A stretch of 64,000 nucleotides of DNA from Mobula hypostoma (taxonomy: Eukaryota), in contig NC_086097.1 in NCBI RefSeq assembly GCF_963921235.1, positions 139,626,001 through 139,690,000 of the forward strand. Direction: 5' to 3'. Positions 36,146 to 49,629 of this stretch are shown here, in pieces (positions within the stretch are counted from its first letter, which is position 1; every line of letters starts with the position of its first letter). The notes beneath the pieces are model-generated. The model ran no database searches, was not told the DNA's origin, and saw only the letters and a list, made by a program, of their open reading frames with translations. The position numbers and the translations under genes were made by a program.

Positions 36146-36744
36146 TTAAAAAAAATAGTTGTCTCCCTTAGATCTCTTGTTTGTATGTTTCTTGTCCAAC
36201 AATGTTTACCTATCATTTTAATAATCCTGGATAGGCCCAGTATTTCTCTTCTTAAATGTTTCTTCTACATAGAATAATTCTGAAAACCCACACCCATATC
36301 TGACATCATTCTTTGTCACTTTATTCTCAGCAGACTTCCTCGATCTAACTTGTTTACAACTATTCTTAAAATTGCATGCTTAAATATATTTATTCTTGGT
36401 CGAAAACATGATTGAATAGTTTTTATTGTATTTGCACCAATGTGATGAAGCTGATAATCTCTCATATTGTACCTCTTGGGCTTTCTGAAACTACAGTGAA
36501 TTCTGTCAGGTAACTCTCATTATTTGTTCCAGTTGAGTTGAATAATTAGTGTTAGAAGTAACTTTTGTGGCTAGGTAACTTAATCCTGGAAATTGTTTGG
36601 CCATGTTCCATTACCACGGTCGAAAACCCAGTGGATTTTTCTGGCATCGGTTTAAAAAATCTTATTTATCTTGGGAGAGCAAACATGGATATTAGTCAAC
36701 TGAACACAGTATGACTGATATAATTATTATTCTGTACTGTTTGC

Positions 36745-37990
36745 TAGATCATAGAACAGTACAGCACAATACAAGTCCTTTGGCCCATGATATTGTGCTG
36801 ACCTTTTAACTTAATCCAAGATCAATCTAACACTTCCCTCCTGCAGAGCCCTCCATTTTTCTTTCATCCATGTTTGTATCTAAGTCTCTTTGATATATCT
36901 TCCTCCACTACCACCCTGGCCGCAGCTGTAGCATTACCTCATGGTTCTTGAACCCAATCCTCTGAATAATGAAGATGAACACACCATACACCTTCTAACC
37001 ACCCTATCAACTTGCGCAGCAACTTTGAGGAAACTCGATGTGGGCCCAAAGATAAGAACCTGCTAGGAATTGTGCTGTTAACCATGTACTCTGCCTTTAA
37101 ATTCAACCTTCCAAGGTGAATCATTTCACACTTTTCCAGATTGAACTCCATCTGCCACTCCTCAGCCCAGTTTTACATCTTATCAGTGTTTTGTTGTAAC
37201 CTAAGACAACCTTCTACACTATTCACAACACCACCACCTTCGTGTCATTTGCAAACTTACTAATCCACCCTTCCACTGTATTCACTCTTCAGGACCACAT
37301 CCCTTTTCCTACTTATATAGTATGTACCATGCCTTCAGGCCGCTGATCCTCACTCTTAAGAATCATCTGGACTGAGACATCCCTGACCCTGGAATCTGAG
37401 AACCAACATATCATCCACCTATCATCTCCACAGAATATCCTCTATGTTCCCCTGACTATTGAATCCCTTAACACCACAGCTCTCCTCTCCCCTTCTAAGC
37501 ACAGAGCCTGACTCTGTCAGAGATCTGGTCACTGTAGTTTCCGCCTGGTAGGTTGTTCTCCTGGTAGACAGTACTTCTCACTGTCTGGCTATTCCCTTTC
37601 CCTCTCATGACAGCTACCTGCTTCCTGCAACTTTGGTGTGACTGCCACCCTCTAGTTCCTACCTATAAACTCCTTATTCTCCCGAATGATCCACAAGTCC
37701 ACCTCCAGTTCCCTAACAACTCTGTAAGAAGCTGCTCTCAGATGCATTTCTGGCAGATTTACTAATCAGGGAGACTAAAGGTCTGTCAGATCTTCCTCAT
37801 ATTGTAACAAGACACAACACTTTCTTGGGATCCATTCTTGCTACTCTAGCTAGGCACTATTAAGCAAAATCTTGCCAAAACTCCACCCAGCCTCCGCTTC
37901 TTTCATTGAAGCCTTCAGTGCCAAGACCCCAGTTCCCTGCTCTGACTCTGGCCATTCACACATTAGCCATTCTGCTTAAACCTAACTTTT
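36745..37990 (-). mobile_element. CR1 with large internal deletions (3' tail, RT piece, ORF1 pieces)
   Basis: MEFNLEKCEMIHLGRLN. Reverse tail catagaacagtacagcac. ORF1-like sequence similar to 26450-26700. Confidence 0.7.
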
Positions 37991-38674
37991 TATTGTGCTA
38001 TCTTTTGTTGTGACCTTGAGGATATTCAGACTCAGAAGGTGAAATATTGTCACCAAACAAGTGAAGGGGTATATTCTGCAAAATTGTACAAGTATATGCT
38101 TGTGCAACACACACATCAACTGTTTATTCTTTCACATAGATGCTGCCTGATCTGAAGTCCTCTAGCGTTTTGTGTGTGTTCCTCTATCTTTTATGCTTAA
38201 GTATATGCTGTTTTTTTTTAAATCATTGGACTATAAGATGGAAAACTAGTGAAGTTGTCTGGCAATTGAACTTGACAGTTAGAAGGATATTGCATTGTCA
38301 CCTTTTAAAACTTCAGTTTGTTCTAGAATTCTAAGTGTACCTTCAAACCATTTTGTTAACAAAATATCTCATCGTAGCTGATGGACATGAATCCTATGCA
38401 AACAAATGTCATATTCCATCATTATCAGCTATCTTTTGTCCGTCAGCTACTGTATAAGTAAATTTGTTCACTGTGTTAAGACCTGGGAAAAGTTTTGTTT
38501 TGCAAACAGCTTTTAAAATGTTAACTGTACGACTAGATTACTACATATTTCTTGTCAATATCTCAGTTTGAACCAGACTATTAAGAGCACTACTTTGAGA
38601 TCTCAATCTCATGATCACACACTATAATTCCTTTTCCATATCTGCCTCTAGACAATCTGCAACTAACATTCTCA

Positions 38675-39664
38675 GGCTACGTCCACACTATGCCGGATAA
38701 TTTTGAAAACAAAGCTTTTTCTCCTCGTTTTGACCTTCCGTCCACACTGAAACGGCATTTTCAACCCCTGAAAACGGAGATTTTCAGAAACGGTCTCCAG
38801 AGTGAATAAATCTGAAAACGCCTAATATCCGTTGCAGTGTGTACAGGGTAACCGGAGCTTTTTAAAACCGCTGTCAGGACGTGCCGGAACAGATGGCGAC
38901 AGCGTGGCATTTCATTGTTTTCTTCTTATTATTATTATTATTACTACTTTATTGTCGCCAAAGAATGATACTAGAGCGTACAATCATCACAGCGATATTT
39001 GATTCTGCACTTCGCAGAACCTAACAATTTCAGAACAGACGGCAACGAGACTGAAGTCAGAAGCGTTAGAAATGTACTCGCCAAATACTTTGACCCATAG
39101 CTTACTGAATAAATAAGTATATTCACTTTGCCCTGTTTTCTGTCCTTGCTTGTATGAAGGTGCTTTACCTATTTATGCAAGTACTTCTCCGACAATAGAT
39201 GTGTAACAGCCTAATGTAACATTGTATGGAAATACAAGATAACACCGATGCAGACATGTTTTATACATTTAACAAGGTGCTTTATTAATGCAACAGAGTT
39301 AGTCAGTTTTTCAATGTTCGTCGTCAGCTGGGTCATACTGTCCGTGAACTCCCTGTCGGTTGCCTCCATACGCTCCAGTATTTGTTTTTTTTTTAGTTTT
39401 ACGTCCTCCTGAGCGAGAGCCAAGAGCAATTCCTTTTAAGTTTTTCTACTCTGTAACTGGACAAACATGCACCAAGTACAAACGTATATCGTTTCCTCTT
39501 CGCTTGTTTTCTGTGTGTCCTGCACATGCCCAGTAGGAGGAGATTCGCCCAAATATCTGTCTAATGTGGACAGAGATATTTTGAAAAATGCTTAGTGTAG
39601 ACGCCTATCGTTTTTACTCGAAACCGGCATTTTCAAAATTATCCGGCGTAGTGTAGACATAGCC
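38675..39664. mobile_element. Non-autonomous PIF/Harbinger DNA transposon
   Basis: TIRs of about 35 bp (GGCTACGTCCACACTATGCCGGATAATTTTGAAAA / TTTTCAAAATTATCCGGCGTAGTGTAGACATAGCC). 3-bp TSD TCA at 38672-38674 and 39665-39667. Confidence 0.85.
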
Positions 39665-40463
39665 TCACTTGTCTTCTCTGATGACAGTAGTCTGCAATGC
39701 TTCCGTGTCTCTAACAACTCTCATTACAGCTATGGGTTACTCAATAGAAGGATATTAAGGATCTTTAGAGAAGGTTCCATGCTTAATTGCTGGAAGGTAA
39801 AGGAAATGTGGTCTTGTAAAACTGCCCTCTTTAAAATGCAAATTAAAGGGTGAATTCACAATTATGCATCAAGATGTGCAAGGATAGAGTTAGTGATGTA
39901 GAAGCAGACTTCGGGTAGTTAAGAGTTCAGGAGCAAAGTTTTGGGTTACGATGTTAAGGTAGGTGGCAAAGAGTTGAAAGGCTTGGTCATTCAGTTCCAG
40001 GAACAAGACCTGAAACATTAACAATTTGATTTCATAGTTAGGTGAGAGGAATGAAAGATGGGCCAATAGGTGCTGGTGCTACAGTATATGCACCCTAAAT
40101 CTTCCTGTAGTTACTGGAAGTTGATAACTGGTTATTGTCTCCCATAGAGTGGTAGGTGTAACAGCTATTCAGCATTGAAACAGTGTGAATAAACAGCCAT
40201 TTTTCCTCCCAGAGATCAGGTGAGGTTGTGCGTAGATGCAAAGCAGTTCACTTGTTTTTGGCTGGCTAGTTTGACAAACTGTCTCAGTATCGGGGTATGT
40301 TATATGTAGATTTATTATGTACATGAGATGTGCAGGTTGAGAATCTAGTTATAACCGAATGCTCTAAGACTGAAAATTAAATTCCTTTTATTTAACCATC
40401 TCACTGAGAGTCAAGTAGCTGGTTACTTGATCCACGTGCTGAAAAGCAGACTCCTGAAAGAGA

Positions 40464-40635
40464 CACACATCAAAGTTGCTGGTGAACGCAGCAGGCCAGG
40501 CAGCATCTCTAGGAAGAGGGACAGTTGACACTTCCCTCTTCCTAGAGATGCTGCCTGGCCTGCTGCGTTCACCAGCAACTTTGTTGTGTGTTGCTTGAAT
40601 TTCCAGCATCTGCAGAATTCCTCGTGTTTGCGCTG
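40464..40635. mobile_element. Penelope-like terminal sequence inserted as an inverted (fold-back) duplicate
   Basis: 10-bp TSD CTGAAAGAGA at 40454-40463 and 40636-40645. Arms 40463-40521 and 40533-40591 have one mismatch. Confidence 0.8.
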
Positions 40636-41429
40636 CTGAAAGAGAAGTTGCCAAATTCAAGAATGTGTTCACAGATGCCTTGGGGGAAAAAAAATGCAAC
40701 ATTCCCACTGATTCCTGGAAATCCCTGGCCCGTCACTGCTCAGAGTGGAAGGGATAGGATTGAACACCTGAAGGCCACATAGTCAGAAGCCAATGAAGCG
40801 CTACACAAGTAGCAGAAGGAGCACATCACCTCAGCCAACCAACCTGCCTGTCCAAACCTTGAAACCCATAAAATCGAAGTGAAGCAGGTCATCCTGCTTC
40901 CTTGATTTTAAGGGTTTTGTAGAAGTATAAGTGCCACACGAGAAGGGTAATTTTAGGCTTCCTGAACACTTGCATTGCTATGCTTTATTTCTAAAATTAC
41001 AGGTAGGTAAACATTATGAGAAGATCGTTTGGAATCTGTCAGCTTCAAGGCTCTTGTTTTGCCAATCAGAATAGTATCTCATTACTCAGTGGAGTAAAAG
41101 TTAACTAGTCAGCTGCTCACTAATTGAACCTGAGGGTAAAGGCTATCACAGGGGAATGCACCTTTTTTCGCTCTGCTTTAGATAACCCTACAAACTAATT
41201 GATACAGTGATCTGAGCAGAATGAGATTGGGAAGATTGCCAGTGCTCTGTACTGGTAAACATTTGCATTTAAGCTGGTTAGATTCATGGTCTGCTTTGGG
41301 TAAATGTGCATCACCTTGAGGCAGATAATATGGGCAACCAGATAAGGCTTGTGTTGAGGCAGTTGGCTGTTCGTTAAAGGAAGATTAAAATCTCAAATAG
41401 CTACTTTTGTATTTCTGAGTGGGAAATAG

Positions 41430-42020
41430 TGTAGTTAAGGTATACGGTGTGTTGGCTTTTGTTATCTGGGGGAAATTAAGTTCAAAAGCCACAACATAAT
41501 ACTAACTCTTCATAAAACTCTAGTTAGAACACATTTGCAGTATTGTGTTCATTTCTGGTTGCTTCATTATAGGAAGGATGGGGAAGCTTTGGGGAGGGTG
41601 CAGAGTAGATTTATCCGGATGCTGCTTGCATTAGAGGGCATGTTTTGTGAGGGAAGGTTTAGCAAGCTGGGCTTTTTTTTTTTAGGAGTGAAGGAGGATG
41701 AGGGGTGAATAGGATAAGAGTCCAAATAGACTGGACAGTCAGCACCGAGTGCCAATAGCTAATACAAGAGGGCATAATTTCAAGGTGATTGGAGAAAATG
41801 ATGGAAAGTGTGTCAAAGGTCGGTTCTTTTCAAATCAGAGTGGTAAGTGCATGGAAGTGCACTGGCAAGTTTGGTGGCAAAGATAAATTAGGTACATTTA
41901 AGAGACTCTTAGATAGGCATGGGATGGAAGGGTCTGATTGAGCTTCGAGTTAGATAAAAGGTCAGCACAACATCCTGGGCCAAAGGCCCCCTACAGAGTT
42001 GTAACATTCTAAGTTCTAAC
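41430..42020 (+). mobile_element. CR1 3' fragment, decayed
   Basis: cataaaactctagttagaacacatttgcagtattgtgttcatttctgg (LYKTLVRPHLEYCVQFW-like), followed by a CR1 tail. Confidence 0.7.
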
Positions 42021-43467
42021 TAATTTTAAATTAACCCTAGGTTGAAATTCTCATCTAGCTTGATATTACTTTAGTTCCTGATTTTTGGCTGTGTTATGTG
42101 AGAAGGCAAAGTTAGTCACTCTGCTCTGTGTGAGGGAACATTCTTATCCAGCATCTACTCATGTTTTCGTTACTTTACTAGCCAAAATTTGTGTTTGAAA
42201 TATGTCACTTGGGTATCAAAAAGCCAAAAAAAACATATGAGAGAAATAAGTTGCTTGACAAAGTGATGGATTCTTCATTTCCTAACTTGGTTAATGGTGT
42301 GGGAGGTGTTGATAGAGTGCCAGAGCTTGGAGACATATGAGACAATGAGTAAGTACATTTTATGACTGTTTCATAAAGGGGTTTCTTCCTATTCTCCTGT
42401 AATATTAAATAAAACATTTTGTATGTAAGAAAATTAAAACAGGAAATGTTAACATTCAACAGTGCAGTGTTTGTGGAGAAATAGCATTGTAGGTTGACTT
42501 TTTCATGGTTAATGTGATTGGTTTTTTTTGTGAATTTTGGGCAGCAAGATGTTGGGGAAAGAGGAAAATCTAAGGGGCAAAAGAATACAAGAAAAATTCT
42601 GGAAATAATCCACAAGTCCAGCTGCATCTGTGGTCAGATAACGTTCCAATCAAAGAGCTTCAAACAGAGCCATGCTGCTGAAAAGCCATCAGCCTTAAAC
42701 ATTAACCCTTCTTTTCACAGGTTCTGCTTGATCTGTTGGAAATTTGTGGCATCTTCTGTTCATATCTTAGATTCTTGTCATCTGCAAGGACTGTCTGACA
42801 ATTGAAAAGATTAAGTGACAATAGAGAAGTTGCTGTCAAACAAAAAGCATAGTAATGGGGCAAGTAAAAAAAGCTAAGGGATATGTTACTAGGAATAGCA
42901 AAAACATGGTGAACAGCTGCTCCCTAATTTAATAAATGGTGACAAGCATTGAAGTTCGAAATCTGTCACATGGTGTGCTGATGCTTAAGCTTTCATTGTG
43001 GTTTGAAACAGCACAAGGAGGGAAAGGTCAAACAGGGTATGAAGAGGATAATTAAAATAACTAGCAATCAGGAACTTGCTATTTGAAAATATTTCAAAAC
43101 ATTTTTGAGGTTGTATCAGTAAGCATTGTGTGACTTGAATTAAGAAACCAAAGAAGTGTTATTCTTTGTTAGTATCTTCTGCAATCTCTTGCCATGGCAT
43201 CAGATTTTTATTTAATTATTTGCTTTACTAAAGTAGTATAAAATCTGCATTTAATATACTGAAGACAGTCTATGCACCCTGTTAATTGTAACTTGTGTGG
43301 TATGTGTTTGATTGGAGTGCAATTAATTAATTTAATTCAGAGATGGAAGACTTTGAAATGTCTGGGTAAAGCTCAACATGCCATTGAATTATCCTTTGTC
43401 TAAATGGAGTGTTCAGTTTTAGTCCCATGCACATTATTTCAAATAGACAAAATTTATTAAAAAGGAA

Positions 43468-44018
43468 TCATCATCATCATCAGGTGCCATGCCCAGTTTG
43501 AGCTTTGACTGCCATGGCCCCCACACTCCTGTTTTGGGTCAAGTGGATCAATTCATTGGTATTCATTTCCAGTTCTCTGGCTGCTGTCTCCATCATCATT
43601 TGTCTGTGTCTTCCTCTTGCTTTCTTCCCTTCAATCTTTCCCATAATTACCATGCATTCTAACTCCTCTTTCCTGATCACATGTCCAATGAAGTTACATT
43701 GCCTTTTCATGATCTCATACATTATTTCTCTTTTTGTGTTTGCTCTGTTCATGACATCCTTGTTAGATATTCATTTATCCATGATATTCTTTGCATCCTC
43801 CTCAAAAACCACATCTCTGCTGCTTCAATTCGTTTCCTCATGTTACTAGATATTGTCCAACATTCTCGTAATCTTCATTCTCGTAACGGTGTCTTTTGCA
43901 ATTCCTATTCTTCTTTTGATGTCCATGTCGCACCTGCCATCTGATGTCACCCGGCTTCCTAAGTAGCAAAAGTTCTGTGCTTGTTTTATGTCTTCCCCAT
44001 TTATTCTCAGCCTATGCA
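43468..44018 (-). mobile_element. RTE-clade LINE 3' fragment with (TGA)n tail
   Basis: RQCNFIGHVIRKEELECMVIMGKIEGKKARGR and INGEDIKQAQNFCYLGS. The stop codon merges into (TGA)5. Confidence 0.75.
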
Positions 44019-44029
44019 TTAGAGCCTCA

Positions 44030-44425
44030 GCAGGCTGTGAACCAAACTGTCAGAATGCTGTCTATGGTACATCTGTAGAAACTTGCTAGAGTCTTTGGTG
44101 ACATGTCAGATCTCAAACTCGTAATAAAGTATAGCTGTTGGCATTCTTTTTTTGATTGTATCAAAATGTTAGGTCCCTGATAAATCCTGAAATGTTGATA
44201 TCTAAGAATTCAAAGCTGCTCATCTTTTCCACTGTTGCACCCTCATTGCGGACTGGTGTGGACTCTCTCGACTTCTCCCTCTTGAACTCCACAATCAGTT
44301 CCTTGGTCTTACTGACATTGAGTGCAAGGTTGATGTGACACCTCTCAACCGACCGACTTGTCTCACTCCTGTACACCACCTTGTTGGCATCTGAGATTTT
44401 GCCGCCAACAGTGGTGTCATGGTGA
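44030..44425 (-). mobile_element. Rex/Babar fragment
   Basis: NLALNVSKTKELIVEFKR..VEKMSSFEFLDINIS. Confidence 0.75.
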
Positions 44426-45748
44426 ATTACTGTGGTTCAAATCGGGTTTTCATTTATTTCCGTGAGGATGGTTCACAACAAATGTTGCTTGTAAAAATGG
44501 ATTTGTACTGATCTGAAAATGCTATCCTAGTGATGTATTTATATTTGTAGGGATCATTTGGATTTTCATTTCTTTTATCACTTCAGAACACCTGAAAACA
44601 CTAGTCAACCAATGAATTGAAACTGTAATAGTCTTTGCACATTGTGTACAGTACTGTTGGATAAATGACTGATGGTTGATTTTAATGTTTGTGCAAGAAG
44701 ATTAAATTTTGGCTAGGCTACAGAGCTTGTTTATCTTAATGGGATCTTTTATCTGTAATGAATAGAGGATTTGGAAAAGTATGACCTTGTACCTTTATTG
44801 TTTCCTTACACTGCAGTTTCTCTGCAGCTGTTGCACTTATTCTGAATTCTGTTGTATCATTGTAGGGTGTCATCATTTAATCTGAATGAACAGTATGCAA
44901 GACAAGCTTTCACTGTAGCTTGGTACATATGACAATAATAAACCAATCCCGTATTACTGTGCATCTGCAAGAGATCTTTTCCTTAGTTCTGCCCCAATGC
45001 ACGTGGAGAAATACAATCACCCAATTTCTCACTGAAATTTGTTGAATTTGTCTCAAGACAATGTCGCATCCATTCATTTTCAGAATTGACAGTGATGGTG
45101 TTCTGAAAATAGACTGTGGTTTTCTGTAGATCAAAGTTGCCTGATCTTGTGTTCCTCATCTTACAGACTTTATAAGTATTCTTTTTAAAGTGCTGTAATT
45201 GAGCCTTTTAAGTGCAGTTAATAGTGTTTTCACCAAAAAGTTGAATAATTCCTTTTAGTCATAGAACAAAATAAAGTATACATTTTATTGTTTCAGCATA
45301 GAATTATGAAAGCTGTGTGCATTGATTTAAGGGCCTCATTAAACCAGAGTTATGATTCGGTCATGGACTGTGGCTGCTTAGAGGGGGAAAAAGCAACTCA
45401 TTTTTGGCATTCAATTTACTCCACACTTAATCTAATGCAATTCCTCTTCTCTCTTCAGTTTTTGTTTTGAATGTTGTACTGACTAATACCCATAGAATAT
45501 TTCACTTAATTCTATTGGTTTTGGTATTCCTAATCTGACAAATTTACATGAGGAAGCTCTTATGGAGGGTTAGTATAAATAGATCAATGTGATTAAATGC
45601 TATTTTTTGTATTTCACAATAGATTTATCAGCTTTGAATTATACTTCTTATTTTCCAACGCTGAAGCATTCTGATCTAGTTCAGAATTAGTAATTTAATA
45701 ATTTGACTAAATGGACATCAATCTATATTACTTATTACTATTTGTGTT

Positions 45749-45975
45749 GGGCACATGGCTAAGTGGTTAACGCGTTCGTCTAGTGATCTGAAGGTCGCTA
45801 GTTCGAGCCTCAGCTGTGGCAACGTGTTTGTGTCCTTGAGCAAGGCACTTAATCATACATTGCTCTAGTGTCTGTGTGAGGAGTATAGCCCCACACAGAC
45901 TTCCAATCTGTACCTTGCAAGGCATGAAAATGTCCGACGCAGGCCTCTCTTGGTCTGAGTCGACGTTCCCTCCCC
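45749..45975 (+). mobile_element. tRNA-derived CORE-type SINE
   Basis: A box TGGCTAAGTGG, B box AGTTCGAGCC, CORE-like TGTGTCCTTGAGCAAGGCACTTAA and a (TCCCC)-type tail. Imperfect TSD TGTGTT/TGTATT. Confidence 0.75.
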
Positions 45976-47522
45976 TGTATTAAAAGAATCGAGACTTGAG
46001 TCCCCAGGTTCAGTGTAATATATGAAGTTAATGAGTGTAATTTATGAAGTTAATATAGAAGTGAAGTGGGTATGCTGATTTTTCATCATCTTTAAAGTTA
46101 TTCATGCTATTAAACACATCATTGCAGCAATCAAGCATCTGTTATCCTAATTGAAAATCAGATCAGAGCATTATCAAATCACTTGAGAGTGAATTTGGCT
46201 TTACGATAGGGACTTATTTTCTTTCTCTTTGGAGAATTTTTTTTTAAATGCAAAGGAATTGGTAACTAATTGTTTTTCAGTTGCTTTATTTCTTTTTGGT
46301 TTCGTGTAATCAAAAACCTGTTATGTAATATCTTTTGGCTGTTATGTAATATGACACAAATATTTTAAACTTCAGATTAAAAAAAAATCCTTTCTTGTAA
46401 TAATTTGTACTTGAAGCTATGAGTACCTTATTTGTTTAATTTTAGCTATCCTGTATTTCCTGGCAAGTTGCTAAATTTCTTACAGAAACTTTGACCACAT
46501 AGAGCAAACATTCACTCTTAATACAGGCTCTACTGGCGGCTGAGGTCTGTTTGCCTTGTGTTTGAGTGGTGAACACTGTGTAATACTGGCATCAATATAA
46601 ATATTGCTTGAGCAGTTTTTAAATTCAGTTGTTTTCCTGTAGATTGTAAAATGCAACAACCAAATACATCTGCTGCCAAAACTCATGCATGAATTTAGGG
46701 GTGGAGGGAGGAGAGATGAGTGCAGCACTAATATCCAAACATCTGAGCAGTCATCATTAAGTTGTGGAAGAATTCAAAATGGTTAGGGTGCTTTGTTTTC
46801 TTTGACATCTGGGTCATTTGTATTGTTTGCATTGCTGTACTTGCTGCAAACCTGAAGGGAATGCTGAAAATGTTCAGAGAGCAGAATACAGAGCCAATGT
46901 TAAAGGCTGATCCTCTTTGATCAAGATACAAAGGCTGAAGTTTTTTTTGATCTTCTTTGTTCTGATTTTTTTAAATCAGTGTTGGATTCTAAGAGCTCCA
47001 GTTATCTGGTCAGAAGGTGAAAGCATGATCCTATGGGTTTAGTACAGTGTCAGAGACCAAAGGCTGAGAGTTCACAATGGACTAAAATGACAGTTAACTG
47101 GAAACTCAGAGTTACAGCTGCAGACTAGAAGAAGACGTTTGCCAAGTGGTTACTATCTATCTTTGGTTTCTCCAGTGTAGAGGAAAATCACTTCACAAAT
47201 ACTCTTCCACATGACACAATGATTCACTTGTACCTTCCAGTTTGCTGTTCACAACTGATTGTTGGTCGGTTGGAGCACCTCCATTCAATTCTATCATACA
47301 GTCTCTTATTTTCCATCCTGACAGTTATTTTTATTCTTCCTACTCCTACCCCTTGTGTGCAAGTTAAAATATAATTTGTCTTCTTTTCTGGATTTTCCTA
47401 TTTCTGATGAAGTATCATCAAACCGAAATGGCTTCTTTCTCTAAGGACGTGCACTTTTCTAGCATTTCCTGATTTTTATTGTAATAAGGAGGAAAGTGTC
47501 TAGACAACACCCAAGAGTTGAC

Positions 47523-48324
47523 TGTTAAACCAGGTCTGTGTGAAACCCCCTTTTACTGGGTATCTTTGGAAATGTGGCTCATTAGCCCTTTACTAACAGC
47601 CACTGGGATCCGCGGCAAAAAGCCCATCTTTCTCGGGCTTTGTATGTATACAACTTTGGTCCCACCGTATCTGGAGGTTGGGATGTCTTGCCTAGCCAAA
47701 TCCCAGTTTGTGTGAATGCTATGTGATTTACTGCTCCCGGCAATCGCTCGTCGGCAAGAAATAACAGATCATATACTACATGCAATTATCAAGAACTATA
47801 TTTAAGAACGTTAACTTAAGCAACCAAAAAGAGAAAGGAAAAAAAAAACAAAAAAGACCCATTATACTTAAACAGTCACATGGGCATAGTGGAGCTCAAG
47901 TCTTCCAGAAGCTGTTGTTTTTGATGTACACACTGCACCTTCCTAATGTCGCTTGAAATACATCTCAAATAAGCAGGCCATGGAAGTATTGGTCCTTCCT
48001 TCTTGAGGTCATTCATCTGCACAAACTACCTTTTGCAACCGGGATAGCATCCTCAGCCATCTACCCTCCTGTCTTCTCCCAGCTCCTGCCAGCAAAGACC
48101 TCCACCCACAACAGTGTCCCTCACAAAAACACTCTGCCCAGCATAGAACCTTCTTCCAAATCTACCATCCTGACTGGCTGACACCACATTCTGAAGTTGA
48201 ACAACAAAGTCTCTTATCTCAGCTCAAACCCAAACAGGCTGAAAGCGGAATTGACTGCTCTTACAGAACTGCTAAAATGAAATGCCTGCAGCATAGCAGC
48301 AAAAGTCTTAACCACAGCATTACA
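47523..48324. mobile_element. Possible solo LTR
   Basis: TGTTAA...TTACA ends and an LTR-like composition. TSD not convincing. Confidence 0.35.
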
Positions 48325-49551
48325 TGTACCATAAGAATATCAAACAGCACAATACTCCACATGTTCTCACCGTTTCTATGCTGTCATTCAGAGACAGTCA
48401 CATCTTCTGGAGATGCCCCTGACATTGTTCCCTTGCCACTGAGTCTGTCCTTTCCCCAACCTTGCTGGCAGGCTAAATGGGATTGTTTGGAATCTTAGTT
48501 TCTGTTTTCCCCAGAGCCTAAAGCCTCACATTGTCAGGAGTTGTTTATTTCTACATCCGTCACAATACCCACGCCCTCTTTTTTTTTTCCAAAACTCAGG
48601 GCCTAACCTGTGTCACTTAGAAAGATGGAAATTAATCTGGGACAGTCAGCATGTTATTCCTGTTGAGAATGTCCCATTGGCTGCAGTGTATCCATAACTC
48701 ATCAGTGTGAGTGGTCTTAATGATGTTGGTTGCTTGTGCATGTTTTTGATTTCTGTACTTGAAAAGCTAGTTTTCCGTGGAACCCTGCAAATAAACAAGC
48801 CATGCTTCCTACGCCAATAAGCCTTTATTTTCCAAGTGTTACTAATGTCAATCATTAAACTGTTATAGAAATGATGAGGAAAAATATAAAATGGTTTACC
48901 ATCAGTTCACAGTAAACTGATTTCAACTATGGAGGGAAATGAACAATCAGTGTTTTGGGCTGTGACCCTTCACCAAATAAAGGGAATTCTGGCTGTTGAT
49001 CAGCTTTTTGTTCTTTAAGAGTATTGCAAATAAGCAGCTGCCCCTTTTAACCAATGGACCAATTAACTGGAATCCATTCTCTATCTTAATCTGCAGAATG
49101 AAAGGAAACTTCCATTGTATTTCTCAACCCCTGTAGAATGGTTGGTCCTTCCAGTATTAAACTTGGAGACTAGAAATTATTGTTCCTTTAAGGAAATTAA
49201 TCTGCATTCATTTTATTTCTTCTGGAAGAATGTTTTTTTTTCAGTTGGAGCCAGCATAGAAACTTGAGCAGTTAATTGAGGCAATGTTATTTTGTTGGAG
49301 TTGTAGGCTGCTGAATGAAGTGGTAGGCTTTGTCACTGTTCTGAAAAAGAAGAGCTGCTCTCTTGATGTTCTGAACAACATTATCTCCATCTGTTTTATC
49401 TGTGCTCAAATTGAGTGCTGATTTTGCATGGGTTACTGTAGCGGTTACTGCATTGTTTTAGGGCGAAGTTTTACAGAATAGCAACTTCTTTAGAATTTGC
49501 AGTGTGTGGCTGCCACAGGTAATGAATTTGTCCTGTCTGTTCTCTCCACAG

Positions 49552-49629
49552 TCCACCAAGGATCAGAGACTTGTATATTCTGGAAAGCTTCTCCATGATC
49601 ACTTGCAGTTGAAGGACATTTTCAGAAAG
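49552..49629 (+). CDS. HERPUD2: HERPUD2 coding exon 2
   Basis: Acceptor tctctccacAG, peptide STKDQRLVYSGKLLHDHLQLKDIFRK, donor GTAATT. 78 nt, phase 0-0. Confidence 0.95.

Noticed and set aside
36440..36490. C/D-box-like GTGATGA...CTGA in intron 1
   Set aside because: Too short, with no terminal stem or recognisable guide.
45749..45825. Possible tRNA gene
   Set aside because: A and B boxes are present, but there is no acceptor-stem closure and the sequence continues into a CORE domain and tail, so it is a SINE head.
46013..46352. Two short local tandem duplications (gtgtaat.tatgaagttaat; ctgttatgtaatat)
   Set aside because: Ordinary slippage duplications in AT-rich intron sequence.
49503..49551. 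CAG|GTAAT 33 nt upstream of exon 2 (micro-exon, recursive splice site or alternative acceptor adding 11 aa)
   Set aside because: A 33-nt intron is too short and the upstream AG lacks a good pyrimidine tract. No support without RNA data.
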